The translations under genes were made by a program, and so were the position numbers. Source: Octopus sinensis (lineage: Eukaryota). From it: 64,000 bases of DNA. The notes beneath the pieces were generated by a model that saw nothing but the letters and a program-made list of their open reading frames with translations, did no database searches and had not been told where the DNA came from. Where the stretch lies: assembly GCF_006345805.1 (NCBI RefSeq), contig NC_043002.1, forward strand, positions 119,970,001-120,034,000. The letters run 5' to 3'. Below, in pieces: positions 14,649 through 29,178 of the stretch (position 1 is its first letter; the number at the start of each line of letters is the position of its first letter).

Positions 14649-15509
14649 TATATGCATATATATATATATATATTATATATATATATATACATATATATGC
14701 ATACACACACACACACACACACACAAACGCACACATATATTTAATTTAAACTTTTGTATGTTCAATCTTCCTGTCTGTATTGTGAGTTACATGTGTGTTC
14801 GCTTGCATATATCTATATATCTACCCATAAGTTCCTATTTGGTGTAATTACAATATTAAATCTATTTTTCTATATGGAGTAATACTTCATGCTTAGGTTT
14901 GAAGTAGGAGAGGTATGTTGATTTAAAGAAAGGTCACGTCTAAGGGGATTATCTAGTTACAACGTGTCAATCTTCTTAAAGCCGCTGACGGGAACGAGAA
15001 AATATAGGCCTCTTTCACTGTGTAGTGTTTTGACTGCCGCTTATGAAGATCTAGACCATTATCTGTGCACTTTTATAACGTCTGAGTTATTTATGTATGA
15101 GTGGTATTGCAGTACTTTAACTCTTCGAAAGTAATTATAAACGGAACAAGATAGAAATAATATATCATCAGTCTCTATTTTCGGTATTCTTTTAAAATGT
15201 ATTCTTTTAAAATAAAGGCCTAAAGAATACTTCTAAAGACGTGAAATTGAAAAGAACACTTGAAATTTATGTTTATTCAACATTTCTAACAAATCATCTT
15301 CGATTTTTTTTTAATGGTAAGAGCAACAGGTAAGTATCTATAATTCGGTTATATCATAAGGGATATCGTTCTAACAGTACCCTTTTTAATTGTTGCTTTT
15401 TCTGGGGTTTATGTCCTTCACGACTATATAATTGATACATGCATATGTAAACGCTCATAGGTGTGGCGGAATTAATAATAATAATAATATAATAATAATA
15501 ATAATAATA

Positions 15510-15552
<43 letters not shown>

Positions 15553-15556
<4 letters not shown>

Positions 15557-15716
15557 TCTACTATAGACACAAGCTCGATATCTTGTGGGAGGGGGTAAGT
15601 CGATTTCATCAACCCCATTATTCAACTCCTGCTTATTTTATCGACGTCGAAAAGATGAAAGGCAAAGTCATCCACGGCGGAATATCAACTCAGAACGTAA
15701 AGACGGACGAAATGCC
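15553..15716 (-). mobile_element. SINE family C (GCCTTTCATC core)
   Basis: AAAGATGAAAGGCAAAGTC...GGAAT..AACTCAGAACGTAAAGACGGACGAAATGCCG; preceded by (AAT)n tail. Confidence 0.7.
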
Positions 15717-15717
15717 G

Positions 15718-15857
15718 AGAAGAAGAAGAAGAAGAAGAAGAAGAAGAAGAAGAAGAAGAAGAAGAAGAAGAAGAAGAAGAAGAAGAAGAAGAAGAAGAAG
15801 AAGAAGAAGAAGAAGAAGAAGAAGAAGAAGAAGAAGAAGAAGAAGAAGAAGAAGAAG
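15718..15857. repeat. Pure (GAA)n tract, ~140 bp
   Basis: Directly visible. Confidence 0.97.
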
Positions 15858-16699
15858 GTCGGCAACAAATTGTTGAGAAAGACGCGTATTAGGGGAAATT
15901 TATTTAATGCGTAAATGGGTGAATCAAAAACTTACAAAGCACAAATCTTTTAATTAATATGGCTTGGACGTGGTAAGCAAATATAATAAAGTCTGTAAAA
16001 CAAAACGCCGCTAAGTATTTTGTCCGGCGTGCTAACGATTCTACCAGCTATACCTATAACAACAACAATAGCAGTAACGGCAACAATAATAATTACAAAA
16101 AGCGAAGCGTTTAACGAGTGAACACCGTGAAATGTGTAATATAGATCTCCGGAATAAGTTTAAAAGTAAACAACAAGCGAAGTTTAACTTGATAAATCGC
16201 TAACCTACTTCTACGTAAATATCTTTTGTAGATTAAATACCAATGAATGGAGCCGTAAAAATTTATGAAAAAAAGTGAATGAGGTAGTGCTTTATCATCA
16301 ACTTGATAACTTGATTCATTCAATGATATTTCATCCGTGTGAAGATATATTTTCGTAGAAGATATTTTCACAATCAACATTTATTGATAATTATCTTATA
16401 TAATTAATGTATTTGAAATGTACGCATTGGTCAACGATTGGTTACTATGTATCCGATACTAAACATAAAGTAACTAGCGAAGCCTGACATCATATTATTT
16501 TCAGATGCATTCAGTCTACAAACATAATATGACAAACAGGGCAAATAGAACCTGGGTTATCTACACGAAGATTAAAAGGAGACTTCATACTTTGATTTTG
16601 AGGCACAAAATATATGAAAAATGGAGTCTACAAAACTTGGCATCGTCAGAAACAAATGTATTGGTACCCTGCAAGCGTACAGAGCGTCTCGATATTCTT

Positions 16700-17870
16700 C
16701 ACATCTTGTAAGTAAAATTGAAATGGTATGAATAAGAACTCGATACTCTCGTATAAAATTATGTGACAAAATAACACTCATCACAAAGTAATTTTCCATC
16801 AAAACACAATAGCGAAAGTAAAGGATGTATTCTGAAAGCAAAAAGGAAGAGAAGTAAAAACAAAAAGCTACTACAAATAAAGATAAATATGAAGATAACA
16901 CGTAAATGAATGAATATGAAACGTAAACACAAAAATAATTCCTTAAATACTCTGATCGTAAATAACGAAGAAATATTTAACAGCAAAGTATGTAAGAAAA
17001 CAAACAGATTACGAACCCTTAAATACCTACAGAATACTGACCAAGAAAAACCGTAGCAGAACAAGAAACAATGATATAAATTTAAAGAAATATACAAAAG
17101 TTTTAAGAACAGGAAATTCCAAAGTAGGAAATCATGACTATGATGATAATCTAATTGTGCACTAATTTCTTTTTGTAATTCCTGTGGTAGCAAGCACGCT
17201 TCTTAGAAAGGAAAGTGAATACTGCCTCAGATCTGCACACATAGGCACATCAAAACGTTAATAAACTAGATAGAAAAAAACATACACAAAAAAAGATCCA
17301 AAATGAAAGAAGTTTTCTGAAGCTTAAATCTAAAAACTAAATCAATAAGACACACAATTGGAAAACTAAGATAGAAATATAACAAAAAGAAAAACTTGAG
17401 ATCAAAGAACGTATGAAACAAGAGATCCTTGCTAAATCGTAAAGAATACACGAACGAAAACAGTTCTTTAAGCAAAACAAATTATCCCACTTTAATCCTA
17501 AACGATTTTATCAAGAACTAGAAAAATAAAAGAAATAAAGGAGAAATCACAGCAACACCAACAAAAGAGATCATCACAGACAAATTTGTACAAAACAAGA
17601 CTGGATAAACAAACAAAAAAAACAGTATTTGTGGAGGCCATAACACAAGACTCGGCCCTGTAGCAACGTAAACCAAAGTTAAAGACTAGAAATAAAGGCA
17701 AAAGTACTAAACCTTTGATCAAAATACTTAGCGTGAACACGTAAGGTGCCTGCAAAATAACCGGGAGTAAGTACCTAACTGTCTCACAAAAATCATAATA
17801 TTCACCATGACTAAAAAATACTGCAAATCCTAAATAAAGACCCATAATTTGTTCTCCCACTGCTCTAAAT
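16700..17870 (+). mobile_element. Decayed R4/Dong-type (RLE-class) LINE, pre-RT region
   Basis: Frame from 17395 reads LEIKERMKQEILAKS*RIHERKQFFKQNKLSHFNPKRFYQELEK, resembling the QK...RIRRY...QN..F..NPK.FY.EL motif of R4/Dong ORFs; A-rich skew; boundaries approximate. Confidence 0.6.
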
Positions 17871-18051
17871 TATGCGCAACATATAAGAATAGCGTTGCTT
17901 GGCAGAGCAATGTTATTACATGTAGTGCATTTAGTGCAAGAGAAAATACAAGACCAAAATAAAATAATACAGGATATATCCAATGTAGACAGGACTGCGT
18001 TCCCTATTCGGTATTACGATAGAAGCAGACAATAACAATTAGATCACAGTA

Positions 18052-18243
18052 GTCCTTTCTATTATATGCACAAGAAAATGTGACTTGTCAAATACATGGG
18101 CACCAGTGCTCGGCTAGTACTTGTTTTTATCGGCCCAGAAAATATGCAAGGCGATGGCGACCTCGGCGGAATTGAAACTTGCCAAATAGAATGCTGCTAA
18201 ACACTTTTCCCAGCGTGCTAACGATTCTAGAATTTCGTCACCT
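18052..18243 (-). mobile_element. SINE family C (diverged)
   Basis: CGACCTCGGCGGAATT...GCGTGCTAACGATTCT similarity. Confidence 0.6.
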
Positions 18244-18275
18244 TAATGACGAAGATGATAATGGTGGTGGTGTAG

Positions 18276-18363
<88 letters not shown>

Positions 18364-18365
18364 AA

Positions 18366-18575
18366 TCCTTTGTACTATGAGCACAAGGCCTGAAATTTCG
18401 CGAAGGGGACTAATCGATTACATCGACCCCAGTGTTTCACTGGTACTTAATTTATCGGCCCAGGAAGGATGAAAGGCAAAGTCGATCTCTGTGGACGTTA
18501 AACTTAGAACGAAGTGACGGACAAAATACAGCTAGGCATTTTGCTCGGCGTGCTAACGTTTCTGCCACCTCACCC
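18366..18575 (-). mobile_element. SINE family C
   Basis: GGATGAAAGGCAAAGTCGA core, CGGCGTGCTAACGTTTCTGCCA head, (AAT)n tail to the left. Confidence 0.75.
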
Positions 18576-20920
18576 ACTTCCATCATCATGATAATAATAA
18601 TGAATAGTAATAATTCCTTCTGGGAACTTGGAACCTAAACATTAAATTTCATATGTGCAGATTGTCTTCATTCTGTTAGCGATATGAAGGATGCTGCCTT
18701 TATTACAAAGTCTACTATTTGGGCTGCTCTTAGTTCGTTACACTTCAACCAGAGTTAATATAGTCTGATTCAAAGACAGAACTCATAACTGCTAGCTTAA
18801 ATATTATATTTAACACTTAACGTTTCTATTCACCATTTCGTTGTCCCGTAGGGTAACAGGTAGTGGACATTAATAGCGTTAAGCCCAACTTTTTTTAATT
18901 GGCAGCAAAATTTTCACAGAAAACTATATAAAAGACTTAAAACTACGCAGATCAGAAAATAGTAATACTCGGCGTCGTAGAGATGTTACATAGAGTATTT
19001 CGAAAATAAAAGAAAATATAAAACTAAGAGAAAGCACTACCTGACCCCGAAAAGATGAAAAATAAAGGAATTTGAAATCACATCGTAAAGACGGACAAAA
19101 CGCCGCTAAGCATGTTACACGGCGCGCCATCGATTCGGCCGGCTCGCTGCCTAAGAGAGATATTCAATATTGCAACAGAAGCAAGTAAATATATGATAAA
19201 ATGCTTTAAGAAAATGATTTCAACAATGGCGCCACATAATCCAAATATGTTGCAGTGAGACAAGAGTGCACCTTCATAATATGTTACCGTCAAGAAACAC
19301 AAAAATTTTTGGACCTTAGGAACTTGTTGATTACGTTCAATACGGTTCAGAAAATTAAATGAAATGATTGTAAACGGGTTGTCCTGATTGCGATCATAAG
19401 TCATAGAGCTTGTTGATTTATATCTGTATTAGCCCACGTTCACTGAATAATACATATATCTCGATTCCCATCATCCATACATACAACAATAGGTATCTTC
19501 AAAACAGCACTCGTTTGTGGCAAACCACATATAAACCCATTATATATTATGCCAGACATATATCCAAAAAGCAGACATATAACAAGAGGTGGATACGTTA
19601 ATAAAAGCACTTCAGAGTAACACCTAACATGAAAGCATACTATCGGCTGCAAAGAGCAGAGATACAAAGGTCGACAGTGTTAAGAAAAAATTGCGAAAAT
19701 GTGTTTAAAATACATTAAAGATTTATGAGAAAAAAATTTGGAAGATTTCTAATCTCAAGCGAGCAAAGCCTCCCCCAGAGGAGAACACGATCTGAAGTTA
19801 TGTATATTCCATCCCATGCAACTGTAACAAACAATATGAAGTTAACACCAGCTGTCTCTTAGAAGTAAACCTAGATGGTTATCGTAAAGCTGTTATCCGA
19901 AAGTATTCAGAAGAATCATGCGTGGACGATCGTTTATGGGAGATATTGCGGAACAATATCAAGATAGTAAAGAGGGAACGATACTGGGTGACAGAAAAAT
20001 TCGGCTCAAATTTTGGGTTATGATAGCTTCTTCAGGCTTACCAAATAGATGATTAAAATTATTTATGAATGAAAGATCAGCAGTTTAAGACCATAGGTTT
20101 AAAACTCTAAATTGCCACTACCTCATTATCCTATGGGATCATATGTATATGGCTGCGTCTTTGTCTATGTGTCTGTCTCCCACACCGTTTGGCAAATTTG
20201 GTGATTGTCTGTTTAAGGCCCTGTAAAACGAGACCGACAAAACAAGCTGAAAATATTAGCACTGGGGTCGATTTTTCGACTGAAGCCGTGAATGGTGGTG
20301 CTCTACCACGACCGTAGTCCATATATATATATACACACGCGTGTGTGGGGTGGTATCAATTTCACCACAATATTTATACCGCGATGCCTGTAGTCTTTGA
20401 CGTTCAGTAGAACATTAACAGTATCGTCATATTGGCTTCCCTGAAAATTAAAGCAAAACACACTAGGAAATATAAAATAAACTTCTGTTCAATGCTTACC
20501 CCTGTGACTTTGATCAATACTCCGATATCTGCATAGTAAAATCGTAAATGAAAGAAAAAGGGAGAATGATTTACGGTATATAATGTTAAATGCTGTTTCT
20601 GGAAAATTCCAATGTCAAATTGTGACCATTAGGTACAAAGTTCTCATATGACATACATATTATATACATACGCTCACTGATATATTTGTACAAGTGTCCT
20701 CATCTTATTTGTAATCCTCAGAACATTTAGGCTTTTGCATACTCTTGCCTCGTTCAGTGTCTGTCGTATTAAGTAATGCTCTTGGAATTTGGAACTGAAA
20801 GCGTTATTAATTCCACGAAAGTGTTCTGATTTGGTCCATAGCAGTTTTCCTCAATATTAATTATTGTTCTACTTTTGATGTAGTTTGCTCGCTCCATTTG
20901 AACCAGATAACTCACATATA

Positions 20921-21763
20921 TATCGACAGGCCTAGGGACTGAAGTCATGCCTAACAGGTAAATTATAGCACTTAACACTTAACCAACGCTAATGTATTCA
21001 TTACTTAACCAACGTTTATATTCAGTTTCCTCACTCACCCGTAGAACAATTAAATAACTGAAATTAATAGTATTAAACCAGTTGTAAATTCAATTATTGG
21101 TCGTTGTCTTATGTCCTTTCTAAATTATAGACACCAGCTTGCAGTTCATCTAAATTATCAAAGCCCATCACACTCAAAAGATCTGCGTTCCAGTTAATAT
21201 CAGGGCAGTGTTCAAAAACTGGTCTCCTCATTGGAGACACTTCTTCTGATTAATGCAACCACCGGAGAAGAAAACGGTAGCGAACTACATGCGAAAGACT
21301 GTGGCAATAACTAAGATGATATCACTAGTCCGGAAGATAATTCCCCGCCGTAGATATTCATGCAGAATTGTATTAATATATACAAAGCCGCTTCGATATT
21401 CCACATAAATCAGATGCATGCACATATTTGGTAAACAGTATCATCCTTCATGTGTTAGGAGCATTTTTATTCAGCCTATTTGGCCCTGCTCATTTGGAAT
21501 TGGATACTTTGACCCTGAAACACTTATTACTGAAAAATTGTTTTCATTCTTCATAATTTAGCAGCATTGATTATAGACACTAAATGAAGAGCTGAATAAA
21601 GATATATTTTCGCTAAATCAGCTTAGTAATCACATCTGTCATTAATAACAAACTTTCGCTGTGTTACATAAAGGGAGAGAAATCTCCAATTAAACTATTA
21701 TCGACAGACCTAGGGACTGAACTCATGCCTAACAGGTAAATTATAGCACTTAACACTTAACCA
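20921..21763. repeat. 65-bp direct repeat pair (20921-20985, 21699-21763)
   Basis: TATCGACAGRCCTAGGGACTGAASTCATGCCTAACAGGTAAATTATAGCACTTAACACTTAACCA, 2 mismatches, 778-bp offset. Confidence 0.85.
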
Positions 21764-22237
21764 TCTGTGTGTGTGTATTTTCCTTCATGTTCTATGTGGT
21801 GCGGGGACATTTGTCAATCCGGTAGATGTATTTCTATACTTTTCTCTCTCCATTTTTCTCTCTATATGTGTATGTGATTTCCTTTATGTGTGAGATTTTA
21901 ACATTTCTATTTCCTCCAACTCCTCTCCCTCTCTCCCCCTTTCTCTATATACGTATGTGCATGTGTTTTTTTCCTGTATTCACATTTTAAAATCTCTCAC
22001 TTTCTCTTTCTGTATGCGTGTCTTTTTGGGTGGCGCGCATATGAGTGTGTGAGCTTGCAGCACCAACAAAACATCCGTCTAAAATAGCCATAAACAAAAC
22101 ATGTTTAGCATGTTGACATACTATCAATTTCCACGGCAAACGACACATAGATACAGTTGTGAACTCTGTATGACAATACTGCATTTAACCAGAGTAAAAC
22201 AAATTCGTAATTGTAGACCCCTTAAATATTAAGCTTA

Positions 22238-22503
22238 TCACGTGATCGCTGGTCACAATGCGCTTTGCATCATTTTAACTTTCGATCGATGGTACCCCGC
22301 TGACAAGGCGAGCAGGCCAACATTTTCCCTGGTCGGTAGGCTACTACTCCGCAGGTATGGTTACAATTTGTAGGTGAGTTGACTGAAACACCGTGAAATG
22401 AAGTGTTTTGCTCAAGAACACAAGGCGCCACTCGGCCTTAGAATCGAACCCACGACCTAGCGATCAGGAGTGCAATACTCTAACCACTAGTCCACGCGCC
22501 TTC
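22238..22503 (-). mobile_element. tRNA-headed SINE (family B head) with RTE-like 3' tail
   Basis: Head GGCGCGTGGACTAGTGGTTAG...GGTTCGATTC (A/B boxes), core TTGAGCAAAACACTTCATTTCAC, tail GCATTGTGACCAGCGATCACGTGAT. Confidence 0.8.
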
Positions 22504-23685
22504 AGATTAAGCTTGTAATAAACACTTAATATAGTTAGTTGCATTAATCATAGTACTTGAAATTTAGTCAATGAGCAGGCCTCTCATTAAAGGTGTTCCA
22601 ACCATGGCCATAATGCATTGTGCTTTGAAAACCAGTTTTCGAAGCTTCTTTCTTTTTCAGAGTCGGTAAGATTCTGATTTGCGGAATATTTCACTGCTGT
22701 TTCTATCAGGTTAAGCAACCGCAAAGATCCGTCTGATTTTACACATTTCAGCATGGTGTTCTAAAAAGACAGATAAGAAGCGGATAGGAAACGAATGTAT
22801 GTCCGGTTATTTTTCAGTTTCAAGATTATATTTTAACTTTTCCCATTCCATCGGTGATAAGTTACGACTCAAGACAAGCGTTTATACTGTAAGAGATTAT
22901 GTTTTGTCGATGCTATATTTAATGGCACAAGTGAAGCTAATTGCCTAATTCAAATCAATTACCAGAATTAGCAGCTCGTTAGCGCTCACCATATTATCTC
23001 GGAAATATTTCTTTTAGAGAGGAATATGACCAATTTTTGCACGGGATTTATAGTTGAATGAATCTACCACATGGCATTGAGGGTATTTATTTTGTTTATT
23101 CTGTTGGCTCCCCATGCATGAATGGAAAATTCGACAACGGTTGGAATAAACTAATAGCGCAGAATGACAATTCTAGAGGCTATAAAACGTTTAATCACCG
23201 GTATTTAATCTTTCACTCTATAGTATTGCCTATAGACAGTCATTCGATTGTGAGAATATTGATTTCTAACATTGAAACGCGGGAAGAAGTTCGAAGCAGT
23301 GCACAGTCGATTAGATTGATGTCAGTATATTATTGGTTTTTGTTTCATCTACCCTGACGTTATGTGGACCACTGTGGGATTTACTCTCAGAGTATAAAGA
23401 ATATAAGCTGTACACACCAAGCTATTTATTCATCGGTTCTCATATTTTATTAACCCACCATTAATTAGTATGAAAACTTGGACTTCTAACATTGGTACAA
23501 TGCATAAAATCTCAGTGACTTATATATATTTGGATTTAGATCCAAAGTCCTTGACTGGCACGTATTTTAGCGTACCGGTTGCATAAAACGCAAACTTGAC
23601 CTCAAAGTATTCGAAATCAGAACAGAAGAAGTCGCCACTAAATATTTTCTTCTATGCTGACTTAGCTTTGAAATAAAGCTAAAAT

Positions 23686-23902
23686 ATTGATTTCAAATTT
23701 TGGAACAAGGCCAGAAATTTAGAGGGTATGTGTAAGTTGATTACATCGATCTCAGGGCTCAACTGCTACTTATTTTATCGACCCAGAAAGGAATGAAAAG
23801 CAAATCCGACCTCGGCGAAATATGATCTCAGAAAGTAACGACGAACGAAACGGCGCTATTCATTTTGCCCGTTGTACTTACCATTCTGCTAGTCGCAGCC
23901 TT
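23686..23902 (-). mobile_element. SINE family C
   Basis: ATCGACCCAGAAAGGAATGAAAAGCAAATCCGACCTCGGCG core. Confidence 0.65.
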
Positions 23903-25181
23903 AGAAATAAAATTAGAATATTTACAATACTATAAGTACGAAATGTCACATTCTGTTACTGTTTTGCCATATTTTCTTTATGCAGTAATTGCGTACAAAC
24001 ATATTAGGTTAATGATGCATACTAATCATTGACAAGTTGAATATCTCACACATGAATAATAATACTCAATGAAACGAACAAATATGTTTCTAAGCAATTC
24101 ATTATATTTCATTATCTTTTTTTTACTTTATGTTAAAAGTTCCAGAACGGAAATAAATAAATAGAGAGGAGTATAGCAATATTTGATTAAAAATATTATT
24201 GTTTGATGTGTTAGTTACATGCAATATTAAAGACATCAGTTCTACATGTTGGTTCGTTACTTAAATTCTTCAATCAAAGGTTCAAACACAATGTCATGTC
24301 TTTAACAGTTCATGTTTCGAAGAAAGAAAAGCAAACAGATTAGCTTCATTAAAAGATCGGCTGTGATAAGTTGTTCATAAATCAATGAATAGTGTCGCCA
24401 TTTAGATCACACATACGACTACACAGATATTGTACTCGTAAATTTTGCACCAAAGCTGAGAATTATACTGAGTTAATGCTGATATGTATATATGATGCAC
24501 ACACACATACATACATACATTCATACATACATACATTCATACATACATACATACATACATACATACATACACATATTTTATTCTTTTACTTGTTTCAATC
24601 ATTTGACTGCGGCCAGGCCATGCTGGGGCACCGCACACATGCATGCATACACACATTTGTTTTTACTGATTCTGGAAGGTTGTCTCGCGTTGTGAGTTTC
24701 ACACCATTGTGATTTAATCTAAATGAAAATTTTAATTTAAATGAAAACCATATTCGCTGCAACATACGATATTAAGCAACGCATACGTGTTACATGCACA
24801 TACATGGAGGACGTTCCCCGTTGATTCCAACGCATGAGCAGCCATTTTTTTCTCGAACAACTAAACAATCATTAATGCGAAGTATGTCCTAACTTAACAT
24901 AGTTCCTTTCAAATATAGTAAGTTACAACGAATGGTTTTCTTCCCAGTTTTCACTTAAAAAGTCTTGGATCGACGCGAGGCCATGGCAAGAGTTGTTGCT
25001 AAAGATGTAATACAACTGGGACCCGAATGTAGTGAATCACTCAGATGTACATTTTCTTGTATTCCTTTAATATTTTGTTTTAGTTATTGTGCTGGAACGA
25101 ACTGACTTCCGGGATATGTTTTAAGTATTGGTACTTATTCAATAAATCTACCGAAGAATCAATCAATCAGTCAATCAAACA

Positions 25182-25257
<76 letters not shown>

Positions 25258-25270
25258 GTCTGTCTGTCTA

Positions 25271-25312
<42 letters not shown>

Positions 25313-25313
25313 A

Positions 25314-25347
<34 letters not shown>

Positions 25348-25350
25348 ATA

Positions 25351-25431
<81 letters not shown>

Positions 25432-27169
25432 ACACACACACACACACACATATAAAATTTCATATATGCTTGGTGCATATACAGATGCGTTTAAAAATAT
25501 ATCTCATATATGTGTATGCATACATTCATATATATAAGTATGTATGCATGCGACTGAATGTACGCACACGAGTGCTTGTGTATGCCAGTTAATGTATGTG
25601 TGTATGCTCATATTTTACGACTAGGTACCTTCTTGCTGAACATTTGCAATTCTTATAAAATCCTCTATGTTATTAGCCTTGTCGTATGACTCCAAAATAT
25701 ATTCTATTTAATCTTCAGATGTCGTTAGGTGATAGTTTTTATTAGTCTCAATCTATATGAGTGCATCTTTTGTGCAGTCTCGAGATTAACATAAAAGCTT
25801 TATATTTCAGCGGAAATGATAAGATTTCAGTCATTATTATGACAGGATCTCAGTACTTTTCTGTGAATCTGAATAAAATGTCTGAAAGTAATTACGATAT
25901 AGTTGTTATTATTACATCTGTTGCTTAGGTATATCAGAGAGAAATTTTTCCTTTGGCACCAGTTCACAGTCATAAGGATATGTCACACAGTGGGTGAACC
26001 AATAGGTATGGATATCATGACCTGTGAAAGAATAAAAGGCAAATTGACTCCTAACAGGATTTAAACTCAGGATAATAGAGATGAAAGTAAATATCTCAAG
26101 TTATTTTGTTTAGTGTCTAAAACAGAAGTACTAAACAACACATTTCGGGGGATGATACAGGTTAGGGCATTATTTATTTCAGAAAATTATGGCTAAATTT
26201 AAGAAATTTCTGTTAGGGATTTTGTATTTAATATTGGTTTCAAATTTTGGCATAAGTCGACTATATCTACCCCAGTGTTCAACAGCTATTTATTTATCGA
26301 GCAAAGATGAAAGGCAAAATCGACTTCGGTGGAATTTGAACTCAGAACGTAAAGAAATAGCATAGCAGTAACTTGATATAAATGGTACTGTTTTAAAGTA
26401 TATTATAAACTCAAGTATATATTCCCGTCACCTTTTGAACCTGAAGATAGAAATGAAGAATTAACCATAATTCTGCATTCCTGCCTCCAATATTTTAATA
26501 TACTTAACATGGGGAAGGCTGTGAGCGGTATTTCGTTCGTTTTTTACATTTTAAGTTACATCCATTGGGCGTCGATCAGTTGAGAAATGGGTTTGATGTC
26601 ATCGACTATCATCCTTCCTCCAACTGCAGGCCTTGTGCCAAAATTTGAACGCAATATACTTAATATAGAGAAGGCAGCGAGATGGCATGGTAACAGTCGC
26701 AGTATTTTGTGTTCTAACAGAACATCCAGTTTTAAGTTTGAATAATTATTCTCTGCTGGTATTAATACTGCTTCTGGTGCTACTACTTATTTTTTAATAA
26801 GCACACCGGCTATTCGTGGCACCAGTGCCTGTTTAGATACGGTAGTTCTATGTATATCACCAGCAGAGTTATCAATTTTATGTCCAGCGTGTGGGCGTGT
26901 TCCATTAACATGACACGGGAAGCTCGAAAGCTGGTGATCAGCCAGTCTCGACAGTGACGATGGCAGGTGACGTTTCTTACGCTAGCGATGTAAACAAGTG
27001 TACTTCTATGCACCAAATGTCAATATGAGTTTCTCTCGTGGTAACTACAGCAGTATTTTGTGTTCTAAAACATCACCCACTTTTAAGTAGGGACAAATAT
27101 TAACTTTTGGTATTGACACTTCTTCTGTCGCTAATTTAAATACATACATACATACGTGCATGCATGCCT

Positions 27170-27990
27170 AGGAAATATCAACCAAGTACTTGATGTACAA
27201 AAGGGATAGAGATGCAAGAAAAGCAGTAAAATATGACAACCGATGCAGTTAATACCGATGTGGAGTTAACACCGAAGATATCCACCACATCATAAATAGT
27301 TGTCCGAAAATGTCATCATGGTATATCTACCGATGAGACATGGTGTTGTAGCTAGGACACTCTATAATGAAATCCGTTGGAAGGATAACCCCGAGGACAA
27401 AAGAATAAGAACCCACAGTATTGTAGAAGCCATAGCCACTCATAATAAAAAGGAGTACTGATGGAATGTCCCAGTAAAGACCTCAATAAAACGTAAGCAC
27501 AACGGACCTGATATAATGATTTTGGATAGAGAAGAGAAACTATGTACAGTTGTGGAAATTCGCTGCCCAACCGATATTATCATAAAGCTGAAGATCAGTG
27601 AAAAAGAGAATACCTAAGAGAAATCTGCAGTTACTCCATCCAGATTATAAGTTCAGGTTTATATTTGTAATTATTGGGGCCCTGGCTGGGATATGTAACA
27701 CACTGACTAAATACCATTCTTGAGAAACTAGGCTTCTCAAAACCAGAAAGGAGAAAGCTAATTCGAAGACTACAGATCCAATATATCATTGAAACTATGA
27801 AAATCTCCAGAAGTTTATCCTTTCGATATAATTGGACATGTTTAGATATGTAACTATATGTATGAAAATACATACATAAAACAAAACATACAAATTTGCA
27901 CTTATACATGCATACATACAAAAATAATGAAGGAGCCTTAGATCTTTCTCTATTGGCAAGACATCTTGAAATTAAGCTGAATAATTACAT
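27170..27990 (+). mobile_element. 3' end of RLE-class (R4/Dong/CRE-like) LINE, decayed
   Basis: EISTKYL...RC...C...EDIHHIINSC (CCHC knuckle), RHGVVA, HNGPDIMIW...VEIRCP (PD..E restriction-like endonuclease); followed by 3' UTR and (TACA)n tract to ~28200. Confidence 0.85.
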
Positions 27991-28000
27991 ACATACTTCC

Positions 28001-28031
<31 letters not shown>

Positions 28032-28847
28032 CATACATACATACATACATACATACATACATACGTACATACGTACATACGTACGTACGTACATACATAC
28101 ATACATACATACATACATACATACATACATACATGCATGCATGCATACATACATACATACATACATACATACATACATACATACATACATACATACATAC
28201 ATCGTCCTGTGAATTGAACGAGTAAAATATAAAGATACCTTGTAACATGATCGCTTGTTTTAAGGACCAATAGGAGACTTGGGAAATGAATTCTTTCTAC
28301 GAAACTAACATAAGGAATGTTGAGTTATAAAATATTTAAACGTTCATTTCTTTTCTTTCTTATTCTGTATTTTGTTAATTAAAAAAGAACTGATTAATTT
28401 TATATTATTTTGTATTTAGTTGTGGCTGAGTAAATAGTTGTAAATAAATAAATTTTCAACAAATTTTCAAAGGGAAATATTTTTAGCATTTTCGAAACTC
28501 TATTATTGTCATTACTGTCACTGTTATCAAACAGACCAATTAAAGTATTTATGATCAAAGCCTTGTGTTTTCGCACTAAATTAACCTTTTTAATTTTCAT
28601 GAAAGAAATAAAGGAAAGTGAAATATTAAAAACTACTTCTGCGTAATTATTTGTATCGTTTGAAATGATAATGTTTATGTTTTTGAAAACAGAAAAGTGC
28701 TTATGTATGTACATATAAATTCGAAGCGGTCATTCGCACTGATGCTACTACCAGACTTACTGCTATGCAGAAACCTCATTACGACTGACCGAAAGGTTGC
28801 ACGTAAGGAGAAGCTGGGGTAAGAGTAAGGAAAACTATTAGAATAAA

Positions 28848-29178
28848 CTAGCAGTATCGCCCGGCGTTGCTCGTGTTTGTAAGGGAAATAACTATATAAG
28901 CATTTTTAGAGAGTTATAGCCAAAAAATAGCAAAAAAATGCATTAAAAATGGAAAAAAAAACGATGGTGAATTTTTTTTAAATCATTGACTCATCGCAGA
29001 CATTTTTAGAGAGTTACTTCCCTTATATAATAGCGAAAAAAATGCATTAAAATGGAAAAAAATTATGGTAATTTTTTTTTAAAAATCGTAGACTCATTGT
29101 AGACGCACGCTAATACCCAGAAGGGCTCGATATAAATCACGACTATAAGATACCCGGTTTTGGATAAACTGCATCGCA
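28848..29178 (-). mobile_element. 5'-truncated non-autonomous Helitron
   Basis: A|CTAGCAGTATCGCCCGGCGTTGCTCG is the reverse complement of the family 3' end; internal ~110-bp duplication. Confidence 0.8.
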
